Shown here: positions 63,091-64,000 of the stretch, piece by piece | How the letters are laid out: each line of letters begins with the position of its first letter | Numbering within the stretch: position 1 is the stretch's first letter | Source: Setoptus koraiensis | Taxonomy: Eukaryota > Animalia > Arthropoda | NCBI GenBank assembly: GCA_048013815.1 | Contig: CM106586.1 | Location: 18,042,001 to 18,106,000, forward strand | Length of the DNA: 64,000 nucleotides | Direction of reading: 5' to 3' | Notes under the pieces: model-generated | Databases searched by the model: none | What the model saw: only the letters and a program-made list of their open reading frames with translations | What the model was told of the DNA's origin: nothing | Made by a program: the position numbers and the translations under genes

Positions 63091-64000
63091 TCGTTGACTG
63101 GCCATCGCTGCTGGCCGCATTATGCAAATAGAGGCCAGCGAGAGGGGATAAAAAATGTAGCGGGCGGCCGCTATATGCTATGCAATGACACTATCATGCT
63201 GTCACACTATCATGCTGTCATGTATACTAAATGCATACGCTCAACTTGTGCCGACACGAGCCAATCGAGCGCCACCGCGCGGGCATAATTGTCGGCCCAC
63301 ATCGGCGGGCCCCAATCATCGTGTTGTGCCCCGGCCAAACAACAATAGTTTGATAATACCCTGCCAATGGGGCCCATCGGCTGGCTAGTGCTTATGACGA
63401 CGATGCTACATGATCTGTCATTGGTTATGTATGGCAAGTATTGCATAATAGTGGCACTACTTTTGTGTATTATGTATGTAATACACACATACATAATAAG
63501 CGAGAGAGAGAGACTAGAATTTTATCCCCAAAAGGGGATAAAATTCTTTTTGGGCCCCAGTCAAGTTAGCGGTTGCTAGGTGTTTATTGTGGCGGGCAAC
63601 CTTGAGAAACCGGCAGCAACCGGCAGTGAGCCAGTCAGCTAGCCAACAGTGGCACTTATCATGCCAACTAACGGCAACTTTCCGCTTCTCCATTAACCCC
63701 TTCCGTTTGGCTCTATCTCTCTGTGGGCTGTTGCCCCCCCCCCCGTTTTTTGGGCTGCCTGGCGCGGGTATCTTGCTTGCCGCGCTGTCATGGTTACGCA
63801 ATGTCATTACTTCTCGATTAAGCTAAACGTCGCCGGCTAAGCGAGCCGGCTTGGCGAGTTGTTGCCAAGATCGGTCGCCCCCTCCCCCGTTCGTTTCCAA
63901 TTGGGAATTGCGCGACACTTGCTACGCCAGCTCGCCAGCCTCACCAACGAGCTTTTGGCAAGGCGCGTCGCGCAAACGGATAAGTAGCGACTTGCAACTG

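Overview
This is eukaryotic (arthropod) genomic DNA, not prokaryotic. Intronless Tollip and SPAG7, a fused homothorax exon and short 100-220 nt introns fit an intron-depleted mite genome of the eriophyoid type (inference). There are three compositional blocks. (1) About 1-17 kb is GC/CpG-rich and full of short tandem duplications. It holds the 5' part of homothorax (hth/Meis) on the minus strand, with coding exons at 15009-13963 and 5815-5614; no homeodomain exon was found in the window. (2) About 17-38.6 kb is an AT-richer, gene-dense island. It contains a 4-exon secreted Gly/Tyr-rich peptide gene ending in GKR with a GC-AG intron, SPAG7, Tollip, a small membrane protein, an orphan exon with a disrupted paralog, two head-to-head MFSD6-like transporters and two tandem 440-aa secreted orphan proteins. 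(3) About 38.6-64 kb is GC-rich and repeat-laden. Its one recognisable coding exon (41113-41209) resembles the start of a Stac-like gene and is followed by more than 22 kb of apparent intron rich in recurrent motifs (GGGCCC, TTACGTAA, CTCACAGCCTGTGAGTCAC) and hairpins. Most ORFs in the supplied track for blocks 1 and 3 are shadows of microsatellites. Family assignments come from recalled sequence motifs, not from database searches.
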